A stretch of DNA of 64,000 bases from Octopus vulgaris (GCA_951406725.2 OX597814.1:196664001-196728000), one strand, 5' to 3'; positions 1 through 14,070 are shown, counted from the first letter of the stretch. The notes: a model not told the origin generated them from the sequence alone. Numbers and translations: made by a program.

Positions 1-295
1 TCCGGATTTCCCTACAGATAGCTACAGAATGAAAGGAATAAAAGCATTCCAAATGTGATTATCACGTCTGAGGTGCCTTTAAAGGATAAGTTGTGACAAG
101 TAGGAAGCACTACATAACTTAACGCCATGTAGTCTTTTTAAGATGGTAGTGTGTGACTTGAAGGAGATGAGCCTTCTATTTTCAATAGAACGCTCTCTCT
201 CTCTCTCTTTCTCTTTCTCTCTCAGCGACAACACTACCACTGACGATATCAATGGCATCTTTATGCATATATATATATGCGTGTGTGTGTGTGTG

Positions 296-356
<61 letters not shown>

Positions 357-389
357 TATCCAATCTCTCTCTCTCTCTATCGAGCTATA

Positions 390-775
390 TCTCTCTATAT
401 ATAAACGGCAGTTTGTCTGTGCGTGTTTCTGTGTGTCTGTTTTCTCGTACCCTCACCCTGACCACGGCTTTCAACCGATTCTGATGAAACTTGACACACA
501 CATAGCCCAATATCATAATTCAAAACTAACGCAGCGAAAATTTTGAAAAGTTAACCCCAGTTCTGAAAAAAATCGATAAATTCGACATGGGGTCGAGAAT
601 CAAAAAAAACAAACCACAGACTGTCTAGGGGACGCAACTCAACCTTTTTTACTCTCAAAAAAAAATTTACCATAATTTTTTTTCCATTTTTTTGCTATTT
701 TTTGGCTATAACTCTCTAAAAATGCTTTATAGTTATTTCCTTACAAACCTGAGCAACGCCGGGCGATACTGCTAG
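390..775 (+). mobile_element. Non-autonomous Helitron-like element, variant 5' body with the shared 3' end
   Basis: Begins TC...TATATATAAA and ends in the subterminal hairpin CCTGAGCAACGCCGGG followed by ...ATACTGCTAG|T. The last ~115 bp match the copies at 12280, 26492 and 37510. No TIR or TSD. Confidence 0.7.
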
Positions 776-797
776 TATATATATATATATATATATA

Positions 798-846
798 ATG
801 CATATATACATTTATATATATTCAAATTATGAACGTATACATATAG

Positions 847-893
<47 letters not shown>

Positions 894-943
894 ATATGAA
901 TACGTTCATCGTAATTTGAATATATATAAATGTATATATGCAT
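798..943. repeat. Imperfect ~53-bp inverted repeat centred on (TA)n
   Basis: ATGCATATATACATTTATATATATTCAAATTATGAACGTAT... (798-850) recurs as its reverse complement at ~887-943 with a 3-nt indel and one mismatch. Confidence 0.8.
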
Positions 944-950
944 GTTTATG

Positions 951-1041
<91 letters not shown>

Positions 1042-1279
1042 TGTCGAAGGAGATGAATATTCAGTTTCACTAAGCAACATGCTCTACTATATGAATTAAG
1101 CCCTTAAATGTCATTATTTCGACATAATTCGACACTTGTATTTGTGTACGGGTAACAAAGTTGGTGAGTCAGCTTATAAATCATGAAAGTTCCTAATTTT
1201 ATGTACCTTTCTTAGCAATATTATCATGTATATAAGGAAAAACCAGGCGTTCAGGTTATATTATCAAAACCTTTACAGC

Positions 1280-1374
1280 TTGTACAGCACAATTAACGAC
1301 CGTTTGCACAGCATAGCTAACGACCGTTTGCACAGCATAGCTAACGACCGTTTGCACAGCTTAGCTAACGACTG
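1280..1374. repeat. 24-bp tandem repeat, about 4 copies
   Basis: Unit TTTGCACAGCATAGCTAACGACCG. Confidence 0.9.
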
Positions 1375-1454
1375 TGTTCTTAATCCTAAATTTTAAATAA
1401 CACCCTTGTAAATTGAATTATAAAACGGTGTTTAATAATGCACCAGCCTAATAT

Positions 1455-1668
1455 AGGTTCCAGATTTTGCAACAATGCCAGCAATTTTGAGGAAGAAGCT
1501 AAGTCGTTTAAATCGACCCAGTGCTCAACTGGTACTTATTTTACCGAGATCGAAAAGATAAAAGGCAAAGTTGGCCTCGGTGGAATTTGAACTCATAACG
1601 TGCAGACAGACGAAATGCCGCTAAGCATTTTATCCCGTGTGCTAAAGATTTTTCCAGCTCACTGCTTT
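1455..1668 (-). mobile_element. Family A SINE (tRNA head plus Meta/MESC-like central domain), diverged
   Basis: Reverse complement matches the window consensus GAGTTCAAATTCCGCCGAGGTCGACTTTGCCTTTCATCCTTTCGGGGTCGATAAA...GTACCAG. Confidence 0.8.
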
Positions 1669-2005
1669 GCACCAACATAATATCAACATTTCTTTCAATC
1701 CTAATGATGCTCATGAAGCCAGATATTATCTCGATATTCTAGATATGTTAAGCTGTGACTACTAAATGAAGCCTCAAATTTTTCTAAGATTTAATCTTAG
1801 ATGCCACTAGTTGTTATTTTAATTCAGTGCAATGCCTCGACGAGAAATACGTCATTGCATTGTTTTACACAAAAAGTTGTGAAACTAATATACTGCGATT
1901 ATCTCGTTGTAGAATATATTGTAAAATATAAAGATTATTCGCAAATGATGGCTGTAAAATTCACCGAAAAAAACATAATAAATCTGTGTGATGGAAATAT
2001 ACATG

Positions 2006-2056
<51 letters not shown>

Positions 2057-2429
2057 ACACACACACTCACAAACATACACACATATATATACATATATGA
2101 TCAACATTACAATATAATAATTAGTAAGAAAAAGACAATAATGCTTAGGCCTAACCAAACTTCAGAACTAATTGAATATTTAAATAATTAAACAAACAAT
2201 TTGAGACGAATGTTAACTAAAAATTCAATCATGAATTAAGAAACGATGTATTCTTTCATTTGGATAATATACAAGTTTAACTTATTTTGTGCCATAGGTA
2301 AGATTAAATTGAGCAATGATAATTAACCCAACTTAATAGAACATTCAGCGATTATATTATAAAAATAATAAGAACAATATTCAGTCGTCACTTGCAAGCG
2401 ACTATATCTTGGTAGTATGCAACATAGTA

Positions 2430-2972
2430 CAGTGTCAGGCAAAATGATCTGACACATTTGTAGGTTAAATAAAAGGCATTGTTTTTCGTTTCTTTTTCAG
2501 TTGCTGCCATGAATTGGACTGGTGAGCATCGCGCTTTTATTGTGGAAACGTTTATCAAAACAAACGATTCTGTAACTGCAACACAAAGAGCGTTCCGTTT
2601 GCACTTCAATCTTGGTAGACATGATCCCGTACAAGCTCGAAACACGATCTTGTTATGGGTTACCAACTTCAGAGCTACTGGATCTGTATTGAAATGAAAA
2701 TCAACCGGCCGACCAACTTAAAGATGCAATTCGTCAAAAAATTACTGCCATTCCACATGAAATGACCCGCCGAGTTATTGACAACTATCGTGAACGCCTT
2801 CGACAGTGTGTGGACAATAATGGATCCCATTTGACTGATTTAATTTTTAACAAATAATGAAACAAAATGGCATTATATGTACTTTTCAAAAATAAAAACA
2901 CTTTTTTGTTTCTTTACTTCATTTGCCTTTTATTTAACCTACAAATGTGTCAGATCATTTTGCCTGACCCTA
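2430..2972 (+). mobile_element. Internally deleted Tc1/mariner element (DUF4817-type N-terminus, rosa/maT-like)
   Basis: 49-bp TIRs (2430-2478 and 2924-2972) flanked by TA. N-terminal HTH MNWTGEHRAFIVETFIKTNDSVTATQRAFRLHF...NFRATGSVLK*KSTGRP is joined directly to the C-terminal LKDAIRQKITAIPHEMTRRVIDNYRERLRQCVDNNGSHL; the catalytic domain is missing. Confidence 0.9.
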
Positions 2973-5900
2973 TATTACTAATAGTTTTAATGTACCTATA
3001 AAGACGTGAGAAGATGTAGCTACATCCTCGGCTTTCTCAATGAAATATGTAACAAAAGGAAGAAGAATAGATTATATCAGCATTTGGCAGGTTCAGATTT
3101 TTAGCTGAGTAGACGAATCTATTATGAAATGATGTGCCTCACCCAAGAACTCAATATGAATTCGAGGAACTGAACACATTATGCTATGCTCATGACCACA
3201 ATACCCTAACCACTATGCCATGCGTGTCAATACTTTTTTTATATATGCACAGCTAGTTTAACCTACATAATGGGAATTACGCGCATTTCCAGATAGATAA
3301 TATAATATCCAGATGAATTAGCTTTAATCGATGGTTTATCACGTTTAGAAACATAAGTCAGTCATCTTCAAACTGTTGTTCTTATATTCTGATATTGATA
3401 AAGAAAATTTAACACAGACCCACATATTTTATGTTTGAGGAGAAGGCTTTTTTATATGTCTGGTCTGTATTTGATCAGTAGTTTTTCTATCAACCCTGGA
3501 AGCTTGGAAACCAAGATGTATCTTGGGAATATTTGGAAATGAGAACGTGAAGTAAAGTAAAACATAATGAAGTCACATGGACTTTACTTTTTCACGTGAT
3601 AGGCCTCATAGCAGCGATTATCCTATGTCCACGGAGGATACGTGACAGAGGTCACAACACACTCTCAGTCCATCGCAAAATTACGCATTTACAGCTGGAG
3701 ATTTACCTGAATTGAAATGGTTTCTGTTCATGAAGACAATATACCGCTTGTTATGAAAAAGAATCCACCATATTGCTATCGTGACAGAACACCCCTAGCC
3801 AGTAGTCCACACACCTTTACGAGAACGTAAACAGCAGCCATTAAATACTGTGTTCCATTTTGTTAAAACTGTTACCAAATCTTATATACAAAATTTTGTT
3901 CTCGTCTGCACTAATATCAGATAAATTTTTACCTCCATATTTGAGTTGTAATCAATATCCAAGTAGTGATGTTTACACGCTATGCAGCTTTAATTGATAT
4001 ATTATTAGCAAGAATCATTAATTATGGACGAAGTTGTACATGGTTACTAGAAGGCAACGTGGAGCATCAGCGTATGGAATATATAATCACGTTGTGTAAT
4101 ATTCTTGGTATTATTTATACGAGTTTGTTTTGATGGTAAGCCTATTTCCTTATACGTACTTATGAAAGTCTCATATACATGGAACTTCTAATGTAAACCT
4201 GAGATATTTCTATCTACTTATGAATGTCTCAAATATTCATATCTACTTATGTAATATCATTGTTTGAAATGTAGATTTATCTGTAAAATTTAAAGCAAAA
4301 TATAATTTAAGTATGATAATTGTAAGCGTGAAATAATGTTTCAGAATACTTGAGATCTTCTCCAAAGAGAAGCCTTTTATATAATGAATATAAGCCATTA
4401 ACCTTAATGATGTTTATGTTACAAACATTAAATAGAATTCACGAATATATAACGATAAACGATTTGTTAATATTTATCCTATCAGAGATAAGATTTAACT
4501 GAGGTAATATTCCATGGTTTGTCTCAGCTACAGGTCCAGTGCATGAGGAGGCCAAAAAGTCAGCAAACCATACTAGACAACTGATTATTTCTTCATATTC
4601 CTATATTAACCCAAATGTTATCAATTTTCATCAACACTAACAACCTATATATCATAAACAATTGCGTTTTCAAATATGCGAAAATAGACAGATGCACAGT
4701 GATCTATTTACGTGGTAAGAAGGTTGAGATAATTAATAAATTATGAAATTAAATTTAAAAAAAAAGCCATCTACAATTTCTTTTTTCATTTTTCCGGCAA
4801 AGAACGCTTCCAGATATGTCAGGTCTCATCTCTGTACACTGTTCTTATCCTTCGACTGTATTTCATTAGTCACCATATATTCACTTGAAAAACTGATAAA
4901 AATCCCATTATTTTCAAAATTAACAAATGCATAGACCATATAGACATTACGCTTCGGGTAAAGAATATCTGACGATGTTTCCAGTGATTTAATCATAGTT
5001 TGGAAAACTATAATAGGATATTGATGGATAAAAAAAAAATGAAATGATTTTTACACTAAGTATCTGATCTCCAAAACATTAGTTTCAACGTTAGTGAAAG
5101 GGCTACATTAATACAACACCTATAAGGCTTTAGAAATTCTAAAATATTATTTGTATAGTACATTTCAAAATTTAGTTACTTAACTGGCGGATAATTCATA
5201 ACTAAATGTTTTATAAAATATATCAAAGCAATTTATCAAATTTTGAATTAAATTTAACACTGTTTTAAACTACGAAATCTTTGATTCTCTGTCAGACGTT
5301 TTCTAATTAGTCTTTCTAATCAATGAACGCTAGATTTTATTTTTATATTTTAATTTCTACATTTAGTCGTTAATGATTCAACATAAAATAATTCTGTAAT
5401 AATCATTTTTAACAATTTCTAACTAAGCAGCTTCCTGCTGTTGGTAATAGTGTTTGAAGCAAAGCTGATATCACTTAACATCAACAAAAATAATGTGTTT
5501 CTCTTATGAATATCAATAGAAAGATTTGACATTACAATGACCTCTACACGTCATTAACTCCAGAAGTAGAATTATTAAAGTTCTCTCACACACCAGTTGT
5601 ATTACATCATCACACAAATTTTCAGAGACACAAATACTAATCTTCCCTTATACCAGCAGTATTACTTACTTTCGATAATTCTGTATTGTTAGCTGCCAGA
5701 TGTACATCTAACGGTTTTGGTTAAAGGTCAAGCCTTTTAGAAAATCTGCAAATCAGCATTTCACAAGATGGCAACTTGACAAGTCGTCTCGTTCAGCATA
5801 TAACATTAAAAAAAAATCAAAATTACATTGAAACCAACGCCCTGCTTATAAATACGAAGTATTATAATCACTGAATGTGGAAAGTTGTGAACTTATATTT

Positions 5901-7660
5901 CTTACTGTGTTAAGATTTGACTAGAAATTATGTGATGATTATAAAACCAGAAAACAGCTTCTTTTTCACAACAAAAGCAAAAAACTCTAGTTTAAGTGTA
6001 TATATACATAAGATTGGGTAACTAAACTACACATTCCATACAAAGCTTGAAATATACACCATACAATCACTAATACTTTGAACTTATTTCCTTATTGTCT
6101 CCTATCTGCCTTATTTTCACCGCTTTCAGAAAACTTACATAAAACTAGAAGAATATATCGTTGCTTAACTGTATATAGTTACTTTCTTTTCATTAGGATG
6201 TAAACTGTCTCACAAACCACAAACTTGGTTTTAAGATGTTACAAATGTATTGTCCTCAAAACTGTGCTGCGCACTTTCTTAGTTTTTAACTTCACTCAGA
6301 TACCAGAAAACCAGTTTAATAATTGTTAAGAAAACAATTCATGCCAAAAAATAAAAGCGTATAAATTCACTCACAAATAAGGAACCCAGTTTAAAGATTT
6401 TACCACAATGTTTACCGCCTAAAACTATATTGGCACTCTTTCTTAGCATATAATTCGACTTACATACCAGGAACCTATTTAAAGATGTTAAGAAAACGTT
6501 TCTCGCCAAATACACGATCTTCTGAATCAATGTAAATCTCATTCTGGTAACGTTTAACGTTTTAAAAGGTAATAACCCTAAGAAACTTATGCTTTCTGAT
6601 ACCTTTAATTCTTATTATCAATGAATAATTAAATTACAAGTTTCCTATCATTTCCCTTTAACTGCTACGATAATTAAATTTAGTAAAATTAAAATGTAAT
6701 TCGAAGAAACGAATTGACGAATTTTCGTCAAGAATAAATACTTATATGTGTCATGAGATTTAATTTTATAGACGTGAGCAAAACAAAACTTTATAGAAGA
6801 GATTTTGCCTGAATTCCAAAAGTGGAAATCTTTTCATCATTTGTATTAAAAGAAAATGATGATTGGTGAATCTTCACATGAAGAAGTATTTGACCGTCGC
6901 TATCTATAAACACTTCGGTAGCCGACACATTTATGCTGAGATGTAAACTCGGTTGAGGACATGACATATTCTTTGGATATTCGGTGTAATTGTTGGTGCC
7001 TTGAAGCCATTAATATCAAAGGAAATTCTAAACCTATATCAATAGAATAGCAGAGGAAATGTGCCATTAAATTCGATTGCCCCAATAGAATCTCTCTTCG
7101 GATAAGAGATCAATACCAGAAAACGCTTTTATACGTTCGTATCTTTTCTTTTGATAAACGTCTGTGATGGAAGAGTAAAATCGCTAAATAAATATATTGT
7201 TTTATGGACGTATTTCCTTATTTCTTTTCTTCTTTCTATCTCGCTATCTATTTATCTAGCGATGGCATTCTCGCTCGCTGTGTGTGTTTGTGTGTGAACA
7301 TATATAATATAAAATATACCATGATATATATATATATATATATATAAACATACGTATGTATATATATATATGAAGAGAGATAAATAGATATGTTATATAT
7401 ATAGTATAATGTGTATGTGTGCATGACTGTGTAGATGTATGGGTACATCAGGCATATATGGATGCAGATACGGTGTCTGTGTAAAGGAGATTGAGATACA
7501 GATCAATAGTGAGATTAACAGACATTCAGTGAGATAGAGAGACACGCAAACACATGCGAGCAGGTATGTATATATATATATATAACAGGTATGTATATAT
7601 ATATATATTTAGTTGTGTATGTAATTATACATGTATATGTACAAGACTATAAGTGTGTAT

Positions 7661-7709
<49 letters not shown>

Positions 7710-8124
7710 TATATTACATATATACATATACTTACATACATACATATATATATATATGTGTGTGTGTATAACTTTGTGAGTGCATGTGGGTGTAATGATT
7801 GCTTCCCAATGCATAGCGCTTATTCGAAATGTATGGATTCAGGAAAATTACAATTTTTAATCTTTCATTTCTCAAAGGATAGATTAAAGAGTTGTCAAGA
7901 CGAGAATAGAAATTTTGTGACAGAATCGATTGTGACCTATTTCCCAAAGACACACACAGACACACAGACACACAAACACCCATAGGTACACACACACACA
8001 AACGGACACACATATTGTATATTATATATATATACACACATATATATATATATGTACGATATGTATGTCTATATATATGTATGAATATTTATTTAAATCT
8101 ATGTACGTATATATGTATATATAC

Positions 8125-8216
<92 letters not shown>

Positions 8217-8218
<2 letters not shown>

Positions 8219-8292
8219 TTTCTTGAGCGTCCAATAACATTATGCTTGTTCCACGTCCTCGCGTTGTGTTTCCTCTTTGTTCATGTTTGGAT

Positions 8293-8297
<5 letters not shown>
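8217..8297 (+). mobile_element. Short fragment between (TA)n tracts, homologous to the element at 14930-15150
   Basis: GAGCGTCCAATAA...TTGTTCCACGTCCTCG matches the reverse complement of 14930-15012. Confidence 0.65.
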
Positions 8298-8358
<61 letters not shown>

Positions 8359-8868
8359 GCGTGTGCTTGTGTGTGAGTGTGTGTGTTTGTGTGTGTATGT
8401 CTGTGCAGCTGTTTTTAAACTGATTTATGATATCAGACTTATAGAAAAGACGTACGATAAAGCCAGAGCACCACGCTCTCTTTGTGTGCTGTGCATATTA
8501 TAAACGAAACTATTTAGCTTTCAACCGAAATTCAGAGACGAATTGCTTACCTGAATCTAAGAACAAACGTTGCAGTTTAGTAAACGGGAACGGTATATCT
8601 CTGCGTAAACCTTTGCAGTTGTATTTGATAGCTCAAAGTTATTTAGATAAGAGTTAAATACGTTCTACTTGACATTATGTCTTCATGAATAGCACAAGGG
8701 TACGTTATAAAAATTATATGGATTGTACAAAGTCATAAGGACACCGGATGCTCAGAGACCGCATTTTAGTACATGTAGATGCATTTCTATATTCAAAGGG
8801 TTCTCTCCCGAACCGTAGGCTCACGTGGTTGATTTCCTTGATTTTGAGTTATAAATATCCTCCCTTTA

Positions 8869-9100
8869 GGTGGTGAGCTGGCAGAAACGTTAGAACCCCG
8901 GGCAAAATGCGTAGCCGTGTTTCGTCTGCCGCTACGTTCTGAGTTCAAATTCCGCCGAGGTCGACTTTGCCTTCCAACCTTTCGGGGTCGATAAATTAAG
9001 TACCAATTATGCACTGGGTTTGATGTAATCAACTTAATGCGTTTGCCTGTCCTTGTTTGCCCTCTCTGTGTTTAGGCCCCTGTGGGTAGTAAAGAAATAG
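8869..9100 (+). mobile_element. Family A SINE, full length
   Basis: GGTGGTGAGCTGGCAGAAACGTTAG head, GAGTTCAAATTC B-box, central domain and tail ending GTAGTAAAGAAATA. Confidence 0.9.
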
Positions 9101-9613
9101 GTATAAATATGCCCCCTTGGACAGGCTGCCGGCCCGTCGCAGGTTATATTCGCTTTTGTCAGCTGAGTAAATTGGAACAACGTGAAATGAAGTGCTTTTC
9201 TCAATAACACAATGAATGAGCAGAACCCGGAATCAAATCACCAATCTTGCGATCGTGAGTGCTACACCTCAACAACGCGCGTCCACGCCCTTCTTTATAA
9301 TCATTACTTACATCAGTTACAAAGTTTCAGATAGTGAACCTCATCATTCTGAGAAATAGATTTCACGTTACAGACTTAAATGTGTTGTTACATAAGACGC
9401 TTGTTAAAACGTTCATCGTTAGAAAACTAGTTAAGAGAAACAACAAGGCATATTTTAAACAAATACCGAGATGAGAAGACGGATATATAAGATATTTAAG
9501 AGGCGTTGATTATATACAACCAGACACAGACACAGACATAAACAAATAGACAAACACACACACATACACACATGCACCCATATACGCACATACATGTCTA
9601 TACGCACGCACAT

Positions 9614-9691
<78 letters not shown>

Positions 9692-9727
9692 GTATCAAAT
9701 TAGAGGGGTTTAATACCTCTAAGGGAT

Positions 9728-9775
9728 AATTCTGAAGAGGTTACTTAAACCAGTAAATCGAAACGATCGTAAATG
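9728..9775 (+). ncRNA. Minimal type I hammerhead ribozyme motif
   Basis: ATT-CTGAAGA-GGTTACT-TAAACC-AGTAAATC-GAAA-CGATCG-TA-AAT: intact CUGANGA/GAAA core, paired stem II, palindromic stem III (ACGATCGT), GUA cleavage triplet and 3-bp stem I. Lies about 40 bp after a (TA)n tract. Confidence 0.6.
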
Positions 9776-10622
9776 CCACCATCATCGCTGCTCTATCCGT
9801 CTTTGTTACCTATTTAATTAAAGACATACCAGCGTAAACAACGAGTTTCCCATTGATATTATATCTATTTTCTTCTTCTCCTATATATATATTCCTAACG
9901 ATAAAATTAAATAAAGTTACATATAAGTAGGTATAGGAAATCGTGACTTATCGCTGTAAAAATATGGTGTGTAATAATACAAGACTTGAATACACTTTGA
10001 CCATTTTTATCCCATAAAATGTTTATTGATTAATGATATTTTAAGGATTTGATAAGGCGTCTATTTTGCAGTTCTGTGTTATCTTTCGTGATGTTTTTTA
10101 AAGCAAAATATAAAATCTAATAACGTGTAATTAATGTTTTCAACATTTATTCAATTAAAAGAATTCTGTTAACTGTTACATCCGTAGGTGTCTATTTCTT
10201 AATTTTCTTATATTCACATAAATAAGTAACGTTTTCTCAACATCACTTAATACTCTTATTGTTACTAAGGATACTTGAAGTGTATATTTCTGTGTATTGC
10301 AATGCAGAGAGCTGGCAGAATCGTGAATACTCCGCAAAAATTACTTACTGACATTTCACCCGTCGTTGAAATTCTGCTGAGTTCGACTTTGACTCACGCC
10401 CTTTCGAGAGGTCAATAAAATATATATCAGTTGAAGATTGGAGGCTAATTCCATGTCATCGACATCCCTCAGAAGTTGCTGGCCTAGTGCCAAAATTTGA
10501 AACCATTAATACTGTGCGTTCCAAAAGTGACTGATCCAGCAGACATATTCGCCATGTCCTTAGGAGAGTGAACAAGTTGTAATATGTGCCACCGGTCTTC
10601 CATACATTCATATATATATATG

Positions 10623-10681
<59 letters not shown>

Positions 10682-10685
<4 letters not shown>

Positions 10686-10842
10686 ATAAGATCTTTATTT
10701 AAATATCGAACTTATCAAGTGGCCAGCATGGGAATAAAAACCTTCAAAGGTAATAAGTATTAAAATTGTAATTTAGACTATCTAAGAGATACCATCGCGC
10801 TTGAAATAGAAGCCAAAACTTGACTCTAGAACCACATTAAAA

Positions 10843-10843
<1 letters not shown>
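10682..10843. mobile_element. Insert between (TA)n tracts, homologous to 62329-62473 (Penelope-like remnant, no inversion)
   Basis: AAGGATAA...CAGCATGGGAA...CAAAGGTAATAA...GAAATAGAAGCCAAA...TGACTCTAGAACCAC aligns to the 62.3-kb element. Confidence 0.6.
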
Positions 10844-10877
<34 letters not shown>

Positions 10878-10878
<1 letters not shown>

Positions 10879-11279
10879 GAGGATGTACCCCAAACTAACC
10901 GGAAATGTTCTCTGTGGAACAAAACCATTGCAGTTCAGGATTCTGCCGCAAGAAGCCACGATACGACCGTCAGGTATCAGTCTGCTGAGCGACGTCGTCT
11001 AGTGCTACGGAATTTGTAGATGTGGCTGGTGATGGAGAACACGAGGGAAGCACTGAAAGGCATCACTTCGCAAGGGTTACAGCACTGCTTCAAATAGTGG
11101 AAAACGCGCCTGGACCTATGCATCGCTTCAAATAGAGGATACTTTGAAGGCGGTGAAAATGTAAAACTGTAGTAGGGTCTTGTTAACGGGCACGTCGTTA
11201 ACTATTTCTTGTAGTTGGCGGATATTGAATTAGCTAGTAGTATGGTATATGTGTTCCGGGATGTTGTAGAAGACTCTCG
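10878..11279 (+). mobile_element. Deleted mariner element (MITE-like)
   Basis: TA-CGAGG... and ...CTCG degenerate TIRs. Internal LQHCFK*WKTRLDLCIASNRGYFEG matches the mariner C-terminal W..R...C....G.YFEG motif. Confidence 0.75.
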
Positions 11280-11659
11280 TTATAAAATTGTTACATTGGT
11301 TGTGTCGTTACATCAATGGATAAATTACTCTGCGGTATTCGCTCCGGTTCTTTATGTCTCGGAGTTCGAATCTCGTCGCAGTAAATTTTTACCTTTAACC
11401 TTTCTATTATCCTGTACTTGGCTCAAGTAACATTTATCCCTCACTCTGTTCCTTTCCCAACCTCTCTAAAACAAATTAGCTATAATCAGACCTGATGATG
11501 CTTTTAAAATGTCCGACACATTTCGTGTGACCCGACGATGTCCCCGCAGTTTTATGAGATATCAATTCCCAAAGTAGAACAAGATATTTAGGAAGCATTC
11601 GTTGCTTGCACAAATAAAGCAAATAAGTATTGATTAGAGTTCGATGCTGCACCAACCTA

Positions 11660-11877
11660 TACTCTTTTACTCTTTTACTTGTTTCAGTCATTTGACTGCG
11701 GCCATGCTGGAGCACCACCTTTAGTCGAGCAAATCGACCCCGGGACTTATTCTTTGTAAGCCCAGTACTTACTCTATCGGTCTCTTTTTGCCAAACCGCT
11801 AAGTGACGGGGACGTAAACACACCAGCATCGGTTGTCAAGCGATGGGGGGGGGACAAACACAGACACACAAACATAT

Positions 11878-11937
<60 letters not shown>

Positions 11938-12100
11938 GACAGTCTTCTTTCAGTTTCCGTCTACCGAATCCACTCACAAGGCATTGGTCGGCCCGAGGCT
12001 ATAGCAGAAGACACTTGCCCAAGATGCCACGCAATGGGACTGAACCCGGAACCATGTGGTTGGTAAACAAGCTACTTACCACACAGCCACTCCTGCGTCT
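11660..12100 (-). mobile_element. Family B SINE (tRNA head, internal TA/TG microsatellite, (AAGAGTA)n tail)
   Basis: Matches the consensus GCAGGAGTGGCTGTGTGGTAAG...GGTTCAGTCCC...GACGGAAACTGAAAGAAG...CAAATGACTGAAACAAGTAAAAGAGTA seen in many copies. Confidence 0.9.
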
Positions 12101-12279
12101 ATATGTCCTATTTATGTTCCATCATTGTTTCCATTTTAGTTATTTCCGTTGGCTTAATTCTACAATAATGGCTTGAGCGCAGCATGTGGTAGTTAAGTGC
12201 CGTGTTTAGTGTATCTTGTAATTGGTTCAGGAGTAGGATGACGGCTCTGATAGAATTACCATAAACATTGGTAGATATA

Positions 12280-12575
12280 TCTTTATATATAAAAGTAAGG
12301 TTGTGTGTCTGTCTCCTACGATTTAGATTCCTAACTACTCCCCTATCTTGCGGTGCAGTTTAACCAAAACCGGGTATTTTATAGTTGTGATTCATATCGA
12401 GCCCTTCTGGGTATTAGCGCGCGTCTACGATGAGTCTACGATTTAAAAAATAATTTACCATCATTTTGTTTCCATTTGTAATGCATTTTTTGCTATTTTT
12501 TTGGCTATAACTCTCTAAAATTGCTATATAGTTATTTCCCTTACAAACCCGAGCAACGCCGGGCGATACTGCTAG
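12280..12575 (+). mobile_element. Non-autonomous Helitron-like element, single internal unit
   Basis: A|TCTTTATATATAAAAG start, CCCGAGCAACGCCGGG hairpin and CTAG|T end; inserted between A and T with no TSD. Confidence 0.85.
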
Positions 12576-12721
12576 TTTCATATACAACTTATATTGCTAT
12601 TTCTTTGGCAAAATACTGTGTATTAGAGAGATTTTATAGTTTGCTTGTCGATATATTATCAGAGGTATTTGATCTTCGTGCCCGTCATATGTTATAGAAG
12701 TGGTATATCTAATATATAATG

Positions 12722-13095
12722 TGGAGGAGCAATGGCCCAGTGGTTAGGGCAGCGAACTAGTGGTCGTAGAAACGCGGTTTCGATTTCCAGACCGGGCGTT
12801 CTGAGTGATTATTGAGCGAATACACTTAGAGCTCCACGAGACTCCGGCAGGGGATGATGGTGAACCCCATGTAGTCTTTCGCCATAACTTCCTCTCCCTC
12901 TTTCTTCCTGTTTCTGTTGTAACTTTATTTCAAAGGGCCAGCCTTGTCACACTATGTGCCACGCCTAATCTCCCCGAGAACTACGTTAAGAGTACATTAA
13001 TGTGTGGGGTAGTCAGCACGTTAATTTCACGAGCAGGCTGTTCCGTTCATTGGAACAACTGGGACCCACGTCATCGTAACCGACTGGGTGCCGTA
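12722..13095 (+). mobile_element. Family D SINE with tail type i
   Basis: A-box TGGCCCAGTGG, B-box GGTTTCGATTTCC, and tail CCCCGAGAACTACGTTAAG...CGTAACCGAC. Confidence 0.85.
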
Positions 13096-14070
13096 GTGGA
13101 ATATGTAGTACTCAGCCTGTTTGTCTTATGCAAGTATTCGTGATGTTTTTGTTCAGAGTAGGTCGTTTACTGAAATGGGTTGATTGTTTATGACAAGACA
13201 GTTGGTTGTTTACTTGGATATTCAGTATTGGTTCTAATAAGGGACTTCTTAGATTTAGTAGATGATAGATTTAGCCTATTTTGTTTTGTTTTGAATATGT
13301 TTATATGCGATTGATGTGAGATTGCAGTAGTTGATTTCTTATGCATAGAGAATCATGAAATGGCTCTGATATATGATTATAGTAATTCTGTGTGCATGGT
13401 CCTAGAATATTTAAAATGTCTGTAGTCGCTAGAATGCTAACTGGTTTCATATTCAATTGACTTAGAATATGTCATCTTGACCTGTTGATTTCCCTCGCTG
13501 CCGTTGACTTATTCACAAGAGAACGCAGTTTTCTTGCATGAATCACATGTATCTATTTTAGTTTAACCACGTTTAACTGATTCTTGTTTGTTCATTAAAA
13601 ATAATCGATCTTCTATGTCAATACTATTCACCAGAACACAATACAAATAAACAAAAATATCTTCGATTATTATTTCGATTTGAAGATTTAAGACGGCGTC
13701 ATGATTCGATATGCGCAACTGTATGAACGGCGAAATAAAGTGTTATAACGTGAAGTCATTGGTTCATAATATGCTGTTTTTCTTCTTAATCTAAATTATA
13801 TATCCATAATTATTCTTAATTCGGATGTGGTCTATGATATAAAACCACAAATATATGGGCACACAGCATTACTATTCCCAGCCAACGACTGAACTCTTTG
13901 ATTTTCGATCCAGCCCATAGCAATAATCGCCAATCCTCTCTCAAATCATAGCCTATCGTTATAAAGGAAGGATGTAATTGCAAATGTGGATCTACGTACA
14001 TAATGTCTAAAGGAACGAAGGAGCGCATTTGAATATAAATCTGCTCTAACCGTTCGTTGTAATCTGGCGT

